Source of the DNA: Antechinus flavipes
Taxonomy: Eukaryota
Reading direction: 5' to 3'
DNA length: 64,000 nt
Assembly (NCBI RefSeq): GCF_016432865.1
Contig: NC_067400.1
Location: 554,466,001-554,530,000, forward strand
Shown here: positions 24,290 to 36,289 of the stretch, piece by piece
Numbering within the stretch: the stretch's first letter is position 1
Layout of the letters: each line of letters opens with the position of its first letter
The notes under the pieces: model-generated
Told to the model about the DNA's origin: nothing
The model's input: the letters and a program-made list of their open reading frames with translations, nothing else
Database searches by the model: none
Made by a program: the position numbers and the translations under genes

Positions 24290-25250
24290 AACCATCATTT
24301 GTTTAATCTTTATTATATGCTAAATTCCATGCTAAATGTTGCTGTAAAGATGAAGAATTTACATTCTAGTAAGAGCGTAAAACATTAATAAAATACATAC
24401 CAAGTAATGTGAGATTGGGAAAAATGTGAACTGGGAATATTAGAAAAGATCTACTGGAAGAGATAGCACTTAAGTTGAACTTTGAAAGAAATTACAGGCT
24501 CATTGAGCACATATGAGGATAAGAGCATTCTAGCCATAGAAGATTGTCTTTGCAATAATGATGAGGAAGGAGGTATAGTTTTCTATCTAGGGAATAACCT
24601 ATATGTCAACTTAACTGGAACACAGAAAAGATGAAGGGAACTATTATCAATTAGTTTAGAAAATTAAGTTGTAGATAGATTCTGAAAGGATGAAAATGTA
24701 ACAAGGAATTTATATTTTATTCTAGATGTAAAAGGGAAATATTGAAGCTTCCTGAGGAGGGGAATGACATACTCAGTTTTTGCAATTGTATTTAATATAA
24801 TGTGAAGAGACATAATGTAGGAATATTAATTAGGAGGCTAGTTTCTTGTCCAGTAGTTTGGGGGAGAGTGATGGGAGCTGAAAGTAAAATGTTGTATGAG
24901 CATAGACAAAGAGGCAAAATGCAAGAGATATTAGAGAGGTAGAATTAACAAGATTCAACATATTATTTGCATATGGTGAGGTGGGTAGAGAGAAGAAGAA
25001 GAAGCGTTAAGAAGGACTCTAATTTGTAACCTGGGTGTCTAAAATAATGGAAGGGATTAGAGTGTTAGGGTGTTGGAGGATTTTGAGGAAAAGATGATTA
25101 CTTATGTTTTGAACATGTTTAGGTTTAGATGCCTTTGGTACATCACAAATGTTTTGGATGTACAGTAAATAGTTGATGATGTAGCTCTGAACCTTTGACA
25201 TGGGAAATTTTTCTGGGTATCTTCTGTAGTGAGAATAATTAAATCTGTAG
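24290..25250 (-). mobile_element. Degraded L2 fragment
   Basis: cattt...tattatatgctaaattccatgctaaatg L2 tail followed by a typical reverse-strand L2 body. Confidence 0.5.
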
Positions 25251-25795
25251 GCACCTTGAGAGGTTAATTAAGCAGGGAAAGTCTTACGAGGCTGCACACG
25301 ATAGTCATAGAACATGAAAAGCCAAAATTCAAATAAATAAATGTATAGACTGAGGAAAGAACTATCCATATGACTGCACATAAAAGCCACTCTTTTCACC
25401 ACTGATTCATTAAATGACTTTGAATGGATTATGTTCTATACCTCTCTGTTTTATTTCCTTATCTGTAAAAATAAATAAAAATACAAAAACAATAACAGAT
25501 TAGATGATCTCTAAGGAATTATCCAGTTCAAATATATTATATAATTGTATGCTTTTCTTTCTGAGAGACTAGACACCTAGAAGAAAAGAATTTGACCTAG
25601 CTCTTACACTCCTTTACCAAGAAATACATATATACATTAATTTTTACTGAATTGATTTCTGCCCGAAGAGATAATGATTATGGAAATGTGAATAATAATC
25701 CTTATCATTCAATTGCGGAATTCCAGATTTTAAAAAGATAGTGTGGTACAAGGGAAAGCACACTAAATTTAGAGTTGGGTTATTTTGGCCTAAAG

Positions 25796-25975
25796 CAGGG
25801 GTTTTTAATTTGGTGTATGTGAACGTTTTTTAAACAACATGATAACATGTTAACATGACAATATAATTGGTTTACTTTGTTATCATAAACATTTTATATT
25901 ATACACTTGAAAATATTATTCTTAGAAAATGTCCATAGGTTTCACCAGATTGCAACAGGGATTTATGACCCTCAG
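25796..25975. mobile_element. hAT/MER5-like MITE
   Basis: caggggtttttaatttggtg...ataattggtttactttgt...gtccataggtttcaccagattgcaacagggatttatgac. Confidence 0.6.
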
Positions 25976-28675
25976 TATTCATAATCTTTGTCTATAGCAT
26001 TATGATCTTAAGATATGATCTTAATTTTTACATAAAACCAAAATCTGTGGAAGATAAAGTTCTTATGAGCTATTTTATTTACTCTTTTCTCTGCATACTT
26101 CACTCAACCACTTATTTTTACTTCTTTGAATGAAGCATCTCTTCCTAGAAACATGGTATTATATGCTAAGATATCTATCTTGATAGATAATCTCTAGATT
26201 TTAAGAAGGCAGTGATTTTTCTAGTCCACTCAAAATTATACTTACCTGTGGATTACCTAGACTCCCTAGTTTAACCTGTTCCCATGTTTTAATTGTTATC
26301 TTTCCTATGAACCTTTTGAAGGAGCAGAGGCAAGAGGTTGAGAGAAACATCAGATAAAATATCAATTTTATTTAAAAGTAGTTCTAAGTAGGGATGGAAA
26401 ATGCTAAACAGATTTAATGAAAATGGAAGATTGGATTTTTTTTCTTTCCTGTCAGAGATCCAGCCCCACCAATCTGGAAAAAAAGACTAGGGAAATTTAT
26501 GCACAGTCACTAACCTTAGCTTTTACATAATAGTGTAATGCTTCTGATCAGTCTAGTTTCACCCAGTCTTCCTTTCACTCTAGAGGTAACTGCCCATCCC
26601 TTATATCTTTGCATAAAAAGTCTAATTGGAGCTTCCAGGCCCCTTGAGATTAGAAGATTCTTTTACTGGAAGTCTTTGAAATTATTCTCTCAGAGGAAAT
26701 ATTCCTTTCCAAATAGCACACTTTATATAGTCAGGTAGAGTCATGGAATAAGAATGATGAGAGCCCTGAAGGGAGTATTATTTGTAGGTAATGGTTCTAG
26801 TGGGATGAAACGAGGAAAATGAAAGAGAAATATAAGGAGGGAAAATGAGTAAAGAGAAAAAGAAGAAGAAGAGAAAAAAGGAAGGAGAGTAGTAGATTAA
26901 TATAGTTATCAAATATTTAAACAATTCATGCACAAACACGTTAAGAATCTCTGTTTAGACCATCTGAACCAGATTTTCCTACTCTTAATTCAGTGTTTTT
27001 AAAGGGAAAGACAAGGCAAGAAAAAAAATTGGTTAAACAAGAATAGAGAAAGGAACATATAGACAGAAATTTTATTATTTTTTTTTCATTTTATTAGGCA
27101 TATTGCTATGTAATGAATTTTCCTACAATTAACATTGTACTCTCAGGTAGTTCTGAGTTATCCCAATGTTAAGAAGATTTCAAAAAGCATGAAGAGTTTT
27201 CCCTGGCTGGATCAATCAATCAATCAATTAATCAACAAGCAGTGGTAGTCATTTATTGTTTTGCCAAGCATTGTGCTGAACCCTGAAACAATTGTTGCCG
27301 TCAGAATTTATATGTCACAGGAAAAGTCAATATGCATACATATGAAAATGTGCTAGATTTCCCTAGTTTTAGATTTAGAGTTGGGAAATCTGGTTATTTT
27401 GGCCTAAAGCAGGGGTTTTTAACTTGGTGTACATGAACATTTTTTAAACAACATGATAACATGTTAACATGACAACATAATTGGTTTACTTCCAAATAAT
27501 ACAAGTTTTAGATTTAGGAGGGGAGATCTCTAGTAGCTTAGTAGACTAAGAGTCTTCATGAATGAAACCACTGAGCTAATTCTAAAAGGAAAAAGGAATT
27601 AAAAGAGAAAGAGAGAAAAAGGGAATGCAGTTCAGGAATGAAGGGACAATCAGTGCAAAGGAACAGAAGTGGGAAAGGGAAGTTTCTAATGTCCTAAGGG
27701 AATTTAGAGTACTCAAAGAGATTCAATGTATAAGAAAGTGGAAAGATACAAAAGGCTAAATTTAAAGAGCTTCAAATAAATAGTGGAGGATTTTTATTTG
27801 ATCTTTGTGGCATAAGAGAAAGATGTGAGTTTCTTAGAAGGGAAGAACTTCTTTTGTTTACACGGCTCCTGTTCCTAGTCCTGTGGATTCTAGGAAAAAA
27901 TAATTTACTTCTGAAGTGTCAATGAATTCAACCAGCAAATTGTTTTTGTGCCTTCCCTTCCCCTTCTCCAACAACCTATTCCTGATCTCTGTCAGGATAT
28001 GAAGGAGTTAAGAAATGGAAGATACTTATCAACTATCCTCAGGATTGTCAGTTAGATACAAGCACACAGCCATTATCTTCATGCCTCTTAGTTTGAGAGA
28101 TGCCTTGGACTGAATGGAATTTCTAAAGAAATTTTCAGGATACATATGTGAAAGATATTCTTTGTAATAACTTTTGTTTGTATTAACAGAATTAACTTTT
28201 ATTCCAGTTAAATCTTCATGAAAAGGAAGACTTTCATTAAAATGGTGACAAATAGTGAAGATTTTCTTCTTCCCTGGATTCAAGCCAATATGGGGATATT
28301 GAAATAATGGAGTGAGCCTGTTTTTGATAATATGGATCCCTAATGAGCAGGGGGATAATCAGTTGTTACAATATTGAAAGGATTAGCGTCCCCAAGTGAC
28401 TTAAATAAAGTAAGGGCTTCCTAAATGAAAAAAGAGTAGAAAAGTCTAGATATAATACTTCCCTGAACTCTCATAAGTAGCATGAATAAGGGATCCAATT
28501 AATAATAAAAATATAGATATTACTTGACTGGAGAGGTCTCATGGGAAACTAGGATTAGGTGATAGAAATTCTTCAAGCTAAAAATAGTTTTTGATGAGCA
28601 GAATTTCAGGACTGTTTTTTATCCCTCTCCCTGTTTAAGGTTTACTCTATATTTATTAACTTGTTTAGTCTCAGG

Positions 28676-28907
28676 CTGGGATTCTTAACATTTTGGGGGT
28701 CATGGATCATTTTGAGAGTCTAGCGAAGCCTATGAATCCTTTTAAAGGATAATAGTTTTAAATGTCTGAAATAAGATTACTAAGGAAACCTATTATTTTA
28801 AAATTCAGTTCTCAAACTATTGGGAGGAAAGAAAAAATTCACACTTTCTATGAAATCCATCCATGAATTATTCCTAGGAATTCATGGACCTCAGATTGGA
28901 TCCTCTG
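28676..28907. mobile_element. hAT/MER5-like MITE
   Basis: gggattcttaacattttgggggtcatggatcattttgagagtctagcgaagcctatgaatcc ... ttcatggacctcagattggatcctctg. Confidence 0.55.
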
Positions 28908-30325
28908 ATTTAAGGGGAATAAATACAACATACTCTTCTATTATGGAAATCCAAATGAGTACATTCTCTCCCCCTTTCTCTGTTCTTCCAGTTGTGCCAC
29001 AAAGAAACTCCATTTCACATCTGTTTAATGGGGCAGAAAACTTTACTCCAATACCACTTTACCAATATCATGAACCACATCAGAAAATAATTTAGACAGG
29101 CTCCAATTTTTCTCTTTTTGAATACATGAACAGAGGTGAGTGCAAACATGTACTTCACGAAATTAATAAACAACAATAACAACAATAAAATGGAAACACT
29201 AGCAAAAGGGAAAGCATGGCCACTGCTGGCCAGCAGAGCAGGGAAGCAGAAGTCCAAACCTCTCTATTGTCTTTTGTTTACAAAACTGATCATAAAAGGG
29301 TAAGGTGGAAGCAAAACCTGGAAGGCAGTTTTTTCACCAGTGTGTCCATCACGCCAGGCAATGTTTTCTTTTCAGTTCTCCATCATCATTTTTTTTGCAA
29401 AGTTCATCCTTAACCCTCAAGGAATTTACATTCAATTAGTAGTAGCTTAGAATTTGAAGATATAGTACCAGGTTGTAATCTCACAGGGCAGATAACTTTT
29501 ATCCAATAATTTCTTGTGCCCTGAATATTATTTTATGAAAATCTTCTCCTGTTACAATAAGCATGGGAATATCACAGGATACTTCTGCTTTGTAAAAGGG
29601 GGACCCTCTAAAAGGGACAGAGAGTGAAAGTACAAGCAATCAATGGTGGTAAGGTTTAGATTTTTGGAAGTTCACAGTACATAATAGAGCTTTGGAACTT
29701 GAACTTTTAAGAACTTTGAACTAGTAAAATGATGGACTTCTAGAACAGGGACATTGGGCCTCTTAACACCTCTGTGTAATCCTTGGAGGATGGCAGAGTC
29801 AGGAGGGATTTTCTACCAGCAATTCTGATATACAAAGATATGTGGCAGATAGTTCATCTTCCCTTCCAAGTTTCTATGTCCACAATTCCTCATGTTTTCC
29901 TTTTGTTCTATGGTTTTCAGTGCTTTAACATAATATTATCTTATTTGTTCTTCAGAGCAGCTTTTAAAAATATGTAAATTTAATTTCTATTTAACAATGA
30001 AAGAAAATGGAAATCTAAGTGGTTAGATGATTACATGTAATCTTATAAATGGCAGTGAATACCAATAAGTCAGTACTTCTGATTCCCAATGTAATATTTT
30101 TTCTATAATATACCAGTCATTTTTGTTTAAAGCTCATTTACTGCCAAAAATTCTTTTCAGCCTGAGTGGGTACATCTAACTAGCTACTTCACTCATCCAA
30201 CTTTTCATTATCATCTACCAAACCCCTCAGTACTTGGTTTGATAGCTTTGAATCACTTTCTTTAGTATTAGAATTGATTGAATTGTTTTCTTATTTGTTG
30301 ATATTGGATCTATCCACATTCCCCA

Positions 30326-31435
30326 TTATACTGGAGTATCTCCAAAGACTAGACCAATGCTTGTTTCATCAGACTGGGAACTCCCCATGGATGGTGACTC
30401 TATTTGTACTGTCTGAACAGAAAATCTCTGAGAGCAAGTAACTGGGAGAGATTTGTGTCCAATGTGGCTGGAATGAGGAGATGATGTCCACCTGGGGACT
30501 CCAGGTTGGTAAAAGCAGAGCCTAAGCAAGGTTTTCCAGATGCACTGACACTTGATACTGTAGATGACAGGGTTGAGAGCAGGTGGCACCAGGAGGTAGA
30601 TGTAGCCCACCAAGGCCAGAGGCAATGGACCATGACTCCCAAATCGGTGCATGACTGAAAGTCCAATCATGGGCACAAAAAATACTAGGACAGCAGCCAC
30701 ATGGCTCACACAGGTCCCTGCTGCTCGTACTTTCTCTCCCCATGACCCAAGGCCTAGAATCACCTTTGCTATAGGGATATAGGAGAGAATGATGAGGATT
30801 GAGTCAATACCAGCTGTAGACAAGATAACAAAGAGACCATAGTGAACATTGACTTCAGTTTCATTACGTGCCAGCTTCATGATATCTGGGTGGAAGCAGA
30901 AAGAATGAGTAAGCCTCCTCTGATCATTGTAAGTCAGCCTGAGCAACAAGAATGGCAGTGGTAGCAATGTGAGAGCTGACCGGATCAGCACAGCTAGTCC
31001 CACCCTTGCAACCACTCGGTGAGTTAAGAGAGCAGAGTACCGCAGTGGACAGGCAATGGCAGTCCATCGGTCTACTGCCATGGCTAGCAACACTGATGAC
31101 TCTGCCACTGAGGCAACATGAATGAAAAACATTTGAGTCAAGCAGACATCAAAGGCCACCTGACTGATACCAAACCACAGTAATCCTAATGTGGTTGGTA
31201 GTGTGGTCCCTGATAATGCCAAGTCAGTGACAGCAAGCATGGAGAGGAAACAATGCATGGGTTCACGAAGTGATGGATTCCGGGCTACTGCCACCAGGAT
31301 AGCACCATTGCCTAGAGCAGCCGCAAGGTAGAGGAGGAAGAAGGGAATAGAAAGCCATTTGTGGATGTCTTCTCGCCAGGGTATTCCAAGTAGAAGAAAT
31401 GCTGGCAATTGGGACATTGTGTGGTTGGATGACAT
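30326..31435 (-). CDS. Divergent class I olfactory receptor, OR51-like, 369 aa with long C-terminal tail
   Basis: ATG start, NHT sequon, LREPMHCFLSML, MAVDRW, HSFCFHPD, TCVSH, HRFG, PPALNPVIYSIK. No frameshift or internal stop, but several canonical motif residues are altered, so function is not certain. Confidence 0.88.
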   Translation of the reverse strand: MSSNHTMSQLPAFLLLGIPWREDIHKWLSIPFFLLYLAAALGNGAILVAVARNPSLREPMHCFLSMLAVTDLALSGTTLPTTLGLLWFGISQVAFDVCLTQMFFIHVASVAESSVLLAMAVDRWTAIACPLRYSALLTHRVVARVGLAVLIRSALTLLPLPFLLLRLTYNDQRRLTHSFCFHPDIMKLARNETEVNVHYGLFVILSTAGIDSILIILSYIPIAKVILGLGSWGEKVRAAGTCVSHVAAVLVFFVPMIGLSVMHRFGSHGPLPLALVGYIYLLVPPALNPVIYSIKCQCIWKTLLRLCFYQPGVPRWTSSPHSSHIGHKSLPVTCSQRFSVQTVQIESPSMGSSQSDETSIGLVFGDTPV

Positions 31436-31497
31436 GACCTATTTAGTGGCTGAGAATGATGGTACTCCATGCAGAATAGGTGAGGGAAGTCCAAAGG

Positions 31498-31498
<1 letters not shown>

Positions 31499-31531
<33 letters not shown>
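31499..31531. repeat. (TC)n microsatellite ~65 bp upstream of the 369-aa OR start
   Basis: Directly visible. Confidence 0.9.
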
Positions 31532-32129
31532 TTTGTCTATTTAGTACCCAAGGATGAAGGACCTTAGGGTAAACTATGTATGTCACTATAAATTTGGTGA
31601 CCAATTGAGGAGTATTCAAATATGAAATCAGTCTAGTGCTGAAAGATAGAAGATAGCCTATGACATCAAGGTTGAACCATGGAGGACTGCTCTAATGATA
31701 TCAGCATTTGAAAATGTGGCCAATGAGGAAACTCCTCGATGTCAAAGGTAGTCAAGATGTTTTCTTCATATATTATGATGACCTTGATATATTTGAGGAT
31801 GACACCTGGGGAAAAGAAAGACAGCATTAGCTCAACCTGGTTGCTTATTTAATAGAATCATATGATTAGGGAATCTCAGAAAAACCTAAGACACCATCTG
31901 TCAGTCATCAATAAACATTTATTAAGCACCTACTATGTGCCAGACTCTCTGCTAAGTGATAGGGATACAAAGAAGTCAAAAGATAACTGTCTGCTCTTAA
32001 AAAACTCATAGTCTAGTTCAATCCATAATTAAATAGGATTTTCTTCATAGCATAATTGACAAATCTTCATCCTACTTCCAACTGAAGAATTCCAATGACA
32101 AAAAAAAATCAGCTGTCTCAAACAAAACC

Positions 32130-33415
32130 AATGCAGTCAAAATTAGAAGAGAAGCAGAAATCTAGGAAAAAAAAACATTACAGCCAATAATTCTGATAAA
32201 GACTTTATTTTTAAAATATATAAATAATTGAGTCAAATTTACAAGAATACAAGCCATTCCCTAATTAATAAATGGTCAAAGGATATGAACAGACAATTTT
32301 CAGACAAAAAAAGTTAAAGCCATTTCTAGGCATATGAAAAAATGCTCTAAATCACTCTTGATTAGAAAAATACAAATTAAGATAACTCTGAGGTACCACT
32401 TTGCCCCTCTCAATTTGGCTAAGATGACAGGAAATGATCATAATAAATGGAAGAGATATGGGAAAACTGGAACACTAATGCATTGTTAGTGGAATTGTGA
32501 AATGATTCAACCAGTCTGGAAAACAATTTGAAACTATGCCCAAAGGGCCATCAAACTGTGCATTGGGTTTAGAGATACATCTCCATTGGGTCTATATCCC
32601 AAAGAAACCATAAAAGAGGGGAAAGAACCCACATGTTCTAAAATGGTCATAGTAATCCTTTTTTGTAGGAACTAGAAATTGATTAGATGTCTTTTAATTG
32701 GGCAATGGCTGAATAAGTTATTGTATATTAATATAATGGAATATTATTAATAAGAAATAATGAGCAGCTGATTTCAGAAAAGCCTGGAAAGACTTGCATG
32801 AACTGATACTGAGTGAAGTGAGTAGAACCAAGAAAACATTGTACATAGAAACAAGAAGATTATGTGATGATCAGCTGTAATAGAATAGTCTCTTTTCATC
32901 AATGAGGTGATTCAAGGCAATTCCAATAGACTTATGATGGAAAGTGCCATGCACATTCACAGAGGAACTATGGAGACTGAAGAAAAGCCTAGTGTTTTCA
33001 CCTTTTTTTTGTTTTTATTTGCTCGTTTTTTTTTTCTTTCCTGTGGTTTTTTTAAACTTTTGTCCTGCTTTTTCTTGCGCAGTATAATGAATGTGGAAAT
33101 AGATTTAGAAGAATTGAACGTATTTAACCTGTATTGGATTGCTTGCTGTCTTGGGAAGGAGAGAGAGAGAAAGTAAAATTTGGAAAGCAAGATTTTATAA
33201 AGATGAATGTTGAAAATTATCTTTGTATCTAATTGAAAAATAAAATACTATTAAGTTTTTTTAAATCTGCTTCACATATAACATATATTGGATCACTTGC
33301 CATCTAGGGGACAGGGTGGGGGGAAGGCAGGGAAAAATAGAAACATAAGGTTTTGTAAGGATGAATGTTGAAAATTATTTGTGTATATATTAAAGAAATA
33401 AAAAACAAATAAAAA
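32130..33415 (+). mobile_element. L1 fragment (degraded ORF2 3' part plus 3'UTR)
   Basis: aaatggtcaaaggatatgaacagacaattttcag...atgcaaattaag-type ORF2 sequence, then a marsupial L1 3'UTR and A-rich end. Confidence 0.9.
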
Positions 33416-33988
33416 TCTGCTGCTTCCTACAGTAGCCCATTATAGCTAATCCAACTAAGTAAACTAATTTATATTTACCTAAGTCATTTATGTCTCTTGA
33501 AATTAAGGAAAATATTATTGTGAAGCTAATCCCAGAGATTCTTATTCCCCATTAATTTATACTGAGATTACTCAGTGATATCCCCTACACAGTTTAGGGT
33601 CACTTAATTCCCAGGCACACCAAGCTGTATTCTTGTTTCTCAAATCATTATAGCCTCTTGACTTTATTGTTTCCAAGCACTTATTTAGAAGATTTCCTTC
33701 CTCTCATTATAGCTTCCCCATCCCATTTTAGATCAGATTTTCAGTGCAATCTAGGGTTACACCTTACTAAATAAATCATATAGATGAACTAACAAGAGTG
33801 GCCCTAGATCTCAGAATCCCAATGTCTCTTGTTGTTCAAAATCTATGATGTTATGATTCCTTACCATAAAATAGAATAGTTAAAAAATCCTCAGGACCCA
33901 TATAGTCAAACTTTTACCAAAAGAAAGATGCTTTCTATAAGAGTCCCAAAATGGCCATCTAGATTTTACTTGAAAATCTCTAGTGAGG

Positions 33989-34143
33989 NNNNNNNNNNNN
34001 NNNNNNNNNNNNNNNNNNNNNNNNNNNNNNNNNNNNNNNNNNNNNNNNNNNNNNNNNNNNNNNNNNNNNNNNNNNNNNNNNNNNNNNNNNNNNNNNNNNN
34101 NNNNNNNNNNNNNNNNNNNNNNNNNNNNNNNNNNNNNNNNNNN
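33989..34143. other. Assembly gap (155 N)
   Basis: Run of N. Confidence 1.
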
Positions 34144-34227
34144 GTTAAATGTCTGACATCACATTTGAACTCAGGTCCTCCTAACTTCAGGGCTGGTGCT
34201 CTATCCATTGTGCCACCTACCTGCTCC
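34144..34227 (-). mobile_element. tRNA-derived marsupial SINE (WSINE1-like), 5' part; remainder lost in the gap
   Basis: Reverse complement ggagcaggtaggtggcacaatggatagagcaccagccctgaagttaggaggacctgagttcaaat contains Pol III A and B boxes. Confidence 0.85.
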
Positions 34228-34245
34228 TGGAAACCAATGTCTCTT

Positions 34246-34416
34246 TTTTTTTTTTTTTTACTTTAAATTTTATTTTATTTAATAATAACTTTGTATTGAC
34301 AGAATCCATGCCAGGGTAATTTTTTTACAACATTATCCCTTGCACTCGCTTATGTTTAATTTTTTCCCCTTCCTCCCTCCACCCCCCCCAAGATGGCAAG
34401 CAGTCCTATATATGTT
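34246..34416 (-). mobile_element. Young 5'-truncated L1 3' end with a perfect 16-bp TSD
   Basis: Poly-T head, L1 3'UTR, and GAAACCAATGTCTCTT at both 34230-34245 and 34417-34432. Confidence 0.85.
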
Positions 34417-34619
34417 GAAACCAATGTCTCTTGAAGCAGCCAATTCCACTTGTGGTTAGTTGTTTGGAACTAGATCTAACTATCCTTAACCTCTTTCCAT
34501 TGATATTAACTTTACTTTCAAGGGCCAAGACATGAATTTTTAATTCCTCTTGCATATGATACCCTCTTTAGTCACTTGAAGAAGACAGATATGTGATTTT
34601 TTTTCTTGTGTCTTCCCTC

Positions 34620-34810
34620 CTTCAGGTTAAACATCTTAAGCCCCTTCAAATGGTCTTTGCATTCTGTAACCTAGAAGAAGTTAGCCATCTCTTTCACCAT
34701 TGTCTTCGATGAATACCCGTTTGGCAATGTCTTTTCTAAAATGTAGGACCCAGAACTGAAAGTAACATTCCTTATCTGGGCTGCTTAGGTCAGAGGATTT
34801 TGAGATTTTC
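34620..34810 (-). mobile_element. CR1/L3 fragment
   Basis: ttcaggttaaacatc...tgtcttttctaaaatgtaggacccagaactgaa...tcagagga resembles the L3 3' region (from memory). Confidence 0.45.
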
Positions 34811-35469
34811 ATCTATCATATTCAAGATAATATGTTAATTGAATGAAATTTGCAATAGTTATTTTGATTTGCCATATAGCTGTTTTGATTTATGAGTTTC
34901 CGTCATTTAATGTGTATTAAGTTTCTACTATGTACCAGGCACTGTGCTAAGTGCTAGAGATACACATAAAGGCAAAAGACAGTGCCTATCCTCAAGGAAC
35001 TTATATTATACTCAAACTATAAGACATTTGCCACATAATACAATCTAGCCACTCCTACTCGATCTTTTACTGAGAAGTTATGATAGAAATTAGAGAAAAA
35101 ACTATCTTGAGCATAAGAGAGGTCAAAAGAAATTCTGGGAGACTAAGCCAGTGGGATCATCTTTAGTTGGGAAAGTTGAGAAAATAATCTGGAGTATAGT
35201 TTTCAGCTAGATCTTGTAATTCAAGAAGGATGTAAGTGGATAAAGATATTTGACTTACTCTTCTGACAGCCTTGTTCATGAAAAGCAGAGAAAACAAATC
35301 TGGAGCAACTCTGGATATAGAACTAAAGAAATGAAAATGCTGACTTTGTGTCTGATGTGAACTGGAACTCAAAAGGATTGTCCCTTAACCTGGTGTCTAC
35401 ATTTTGTACTGTTAGAGATGTCAGACTGCTTCTGGCTTCAGTGAGTTTGTTTTGGAGGAGGTTAGTGGA

Positions 35470-35730
35470 TGTAGTAGCCAGATGTAGCAAAGATACATAA
35501 GTGGTCTAGTAAATTGTTCATTGGTCCTACAGTCAAGAAGACCAGAATTCAAGTTTTTCTTTACTTATTAGCTGGGTGACTTTGAATAAATTGTTTTACA
35601 TCTAATTTCCTCCCCATTTGAAAGGTAGAGATAGTACCTATCTACTATCCAGGGATAAAGTTGTGATGATAAAATGAGAGATCAGTGAAGTGTTCTGCAA
35701 ATCTTAATGCCCTATACAAATTCAAATTAT
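35470..35730 (+). mobile_element. MIR SINE
   Basis: ttagctgggtgactttgaataaattg...ctccccatttgaaa...gttgtgatgataaaatgag...gtgttctgcaaatctta. Confidence 0.65.
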
Positions 35731-36289
35731 TATTATTTTTTCTTTTTCTTTTGGACCTTAAGGATAGCTCCTCCCTAAAGAAGCCTCTCTCTTTCTCTCT
35801 CTTCATTTTTGCTGTTTGTCTTTCATTTTGGAAGAGGACTGTGACATGAGGGAAATGATGCTATGACAAGCAAGTGAATTGGATTTAAGTGAGGGAGGGT
35901 TGTGCAAGGTCACTTGCCTTTCTAGAGCCATCTGGGTCTAGTGCCAGATATAGATCAAGATGATTGGAGATAGCCCTGGATGAAATGGGACACCTTGGCC
36001 TTTTTAAGCTAAGGTCTTCAACAGGTCTAGTCATTTTTGTTACTAATCTGCCAAATATCAAGGAAGCTATTCAGTAGGTCAGTTTTAAGGTCTTTCTACT
36101 TTCCTGTTTGCTAATGTATCTTTACTGTCTGTAAATGATTTACTCAGACAGGCAAAGTTCCTTATGTCAAAGAAGCCAGAAAAATGGAAATAGTACCAGA
36201 AAACCTTTTGTTTTACAGCTAAGGAAAAGGTCACAATATAAAAGCTATTTAGGTACGATTTTGTGAAGGGGTTTAAATAAAATTCCCAC

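Noticed and set aside
33928-34266. ORFs spanning N runs (also 51549-51930)
   Set aside because: Artefacts of translating through assembly gaps.
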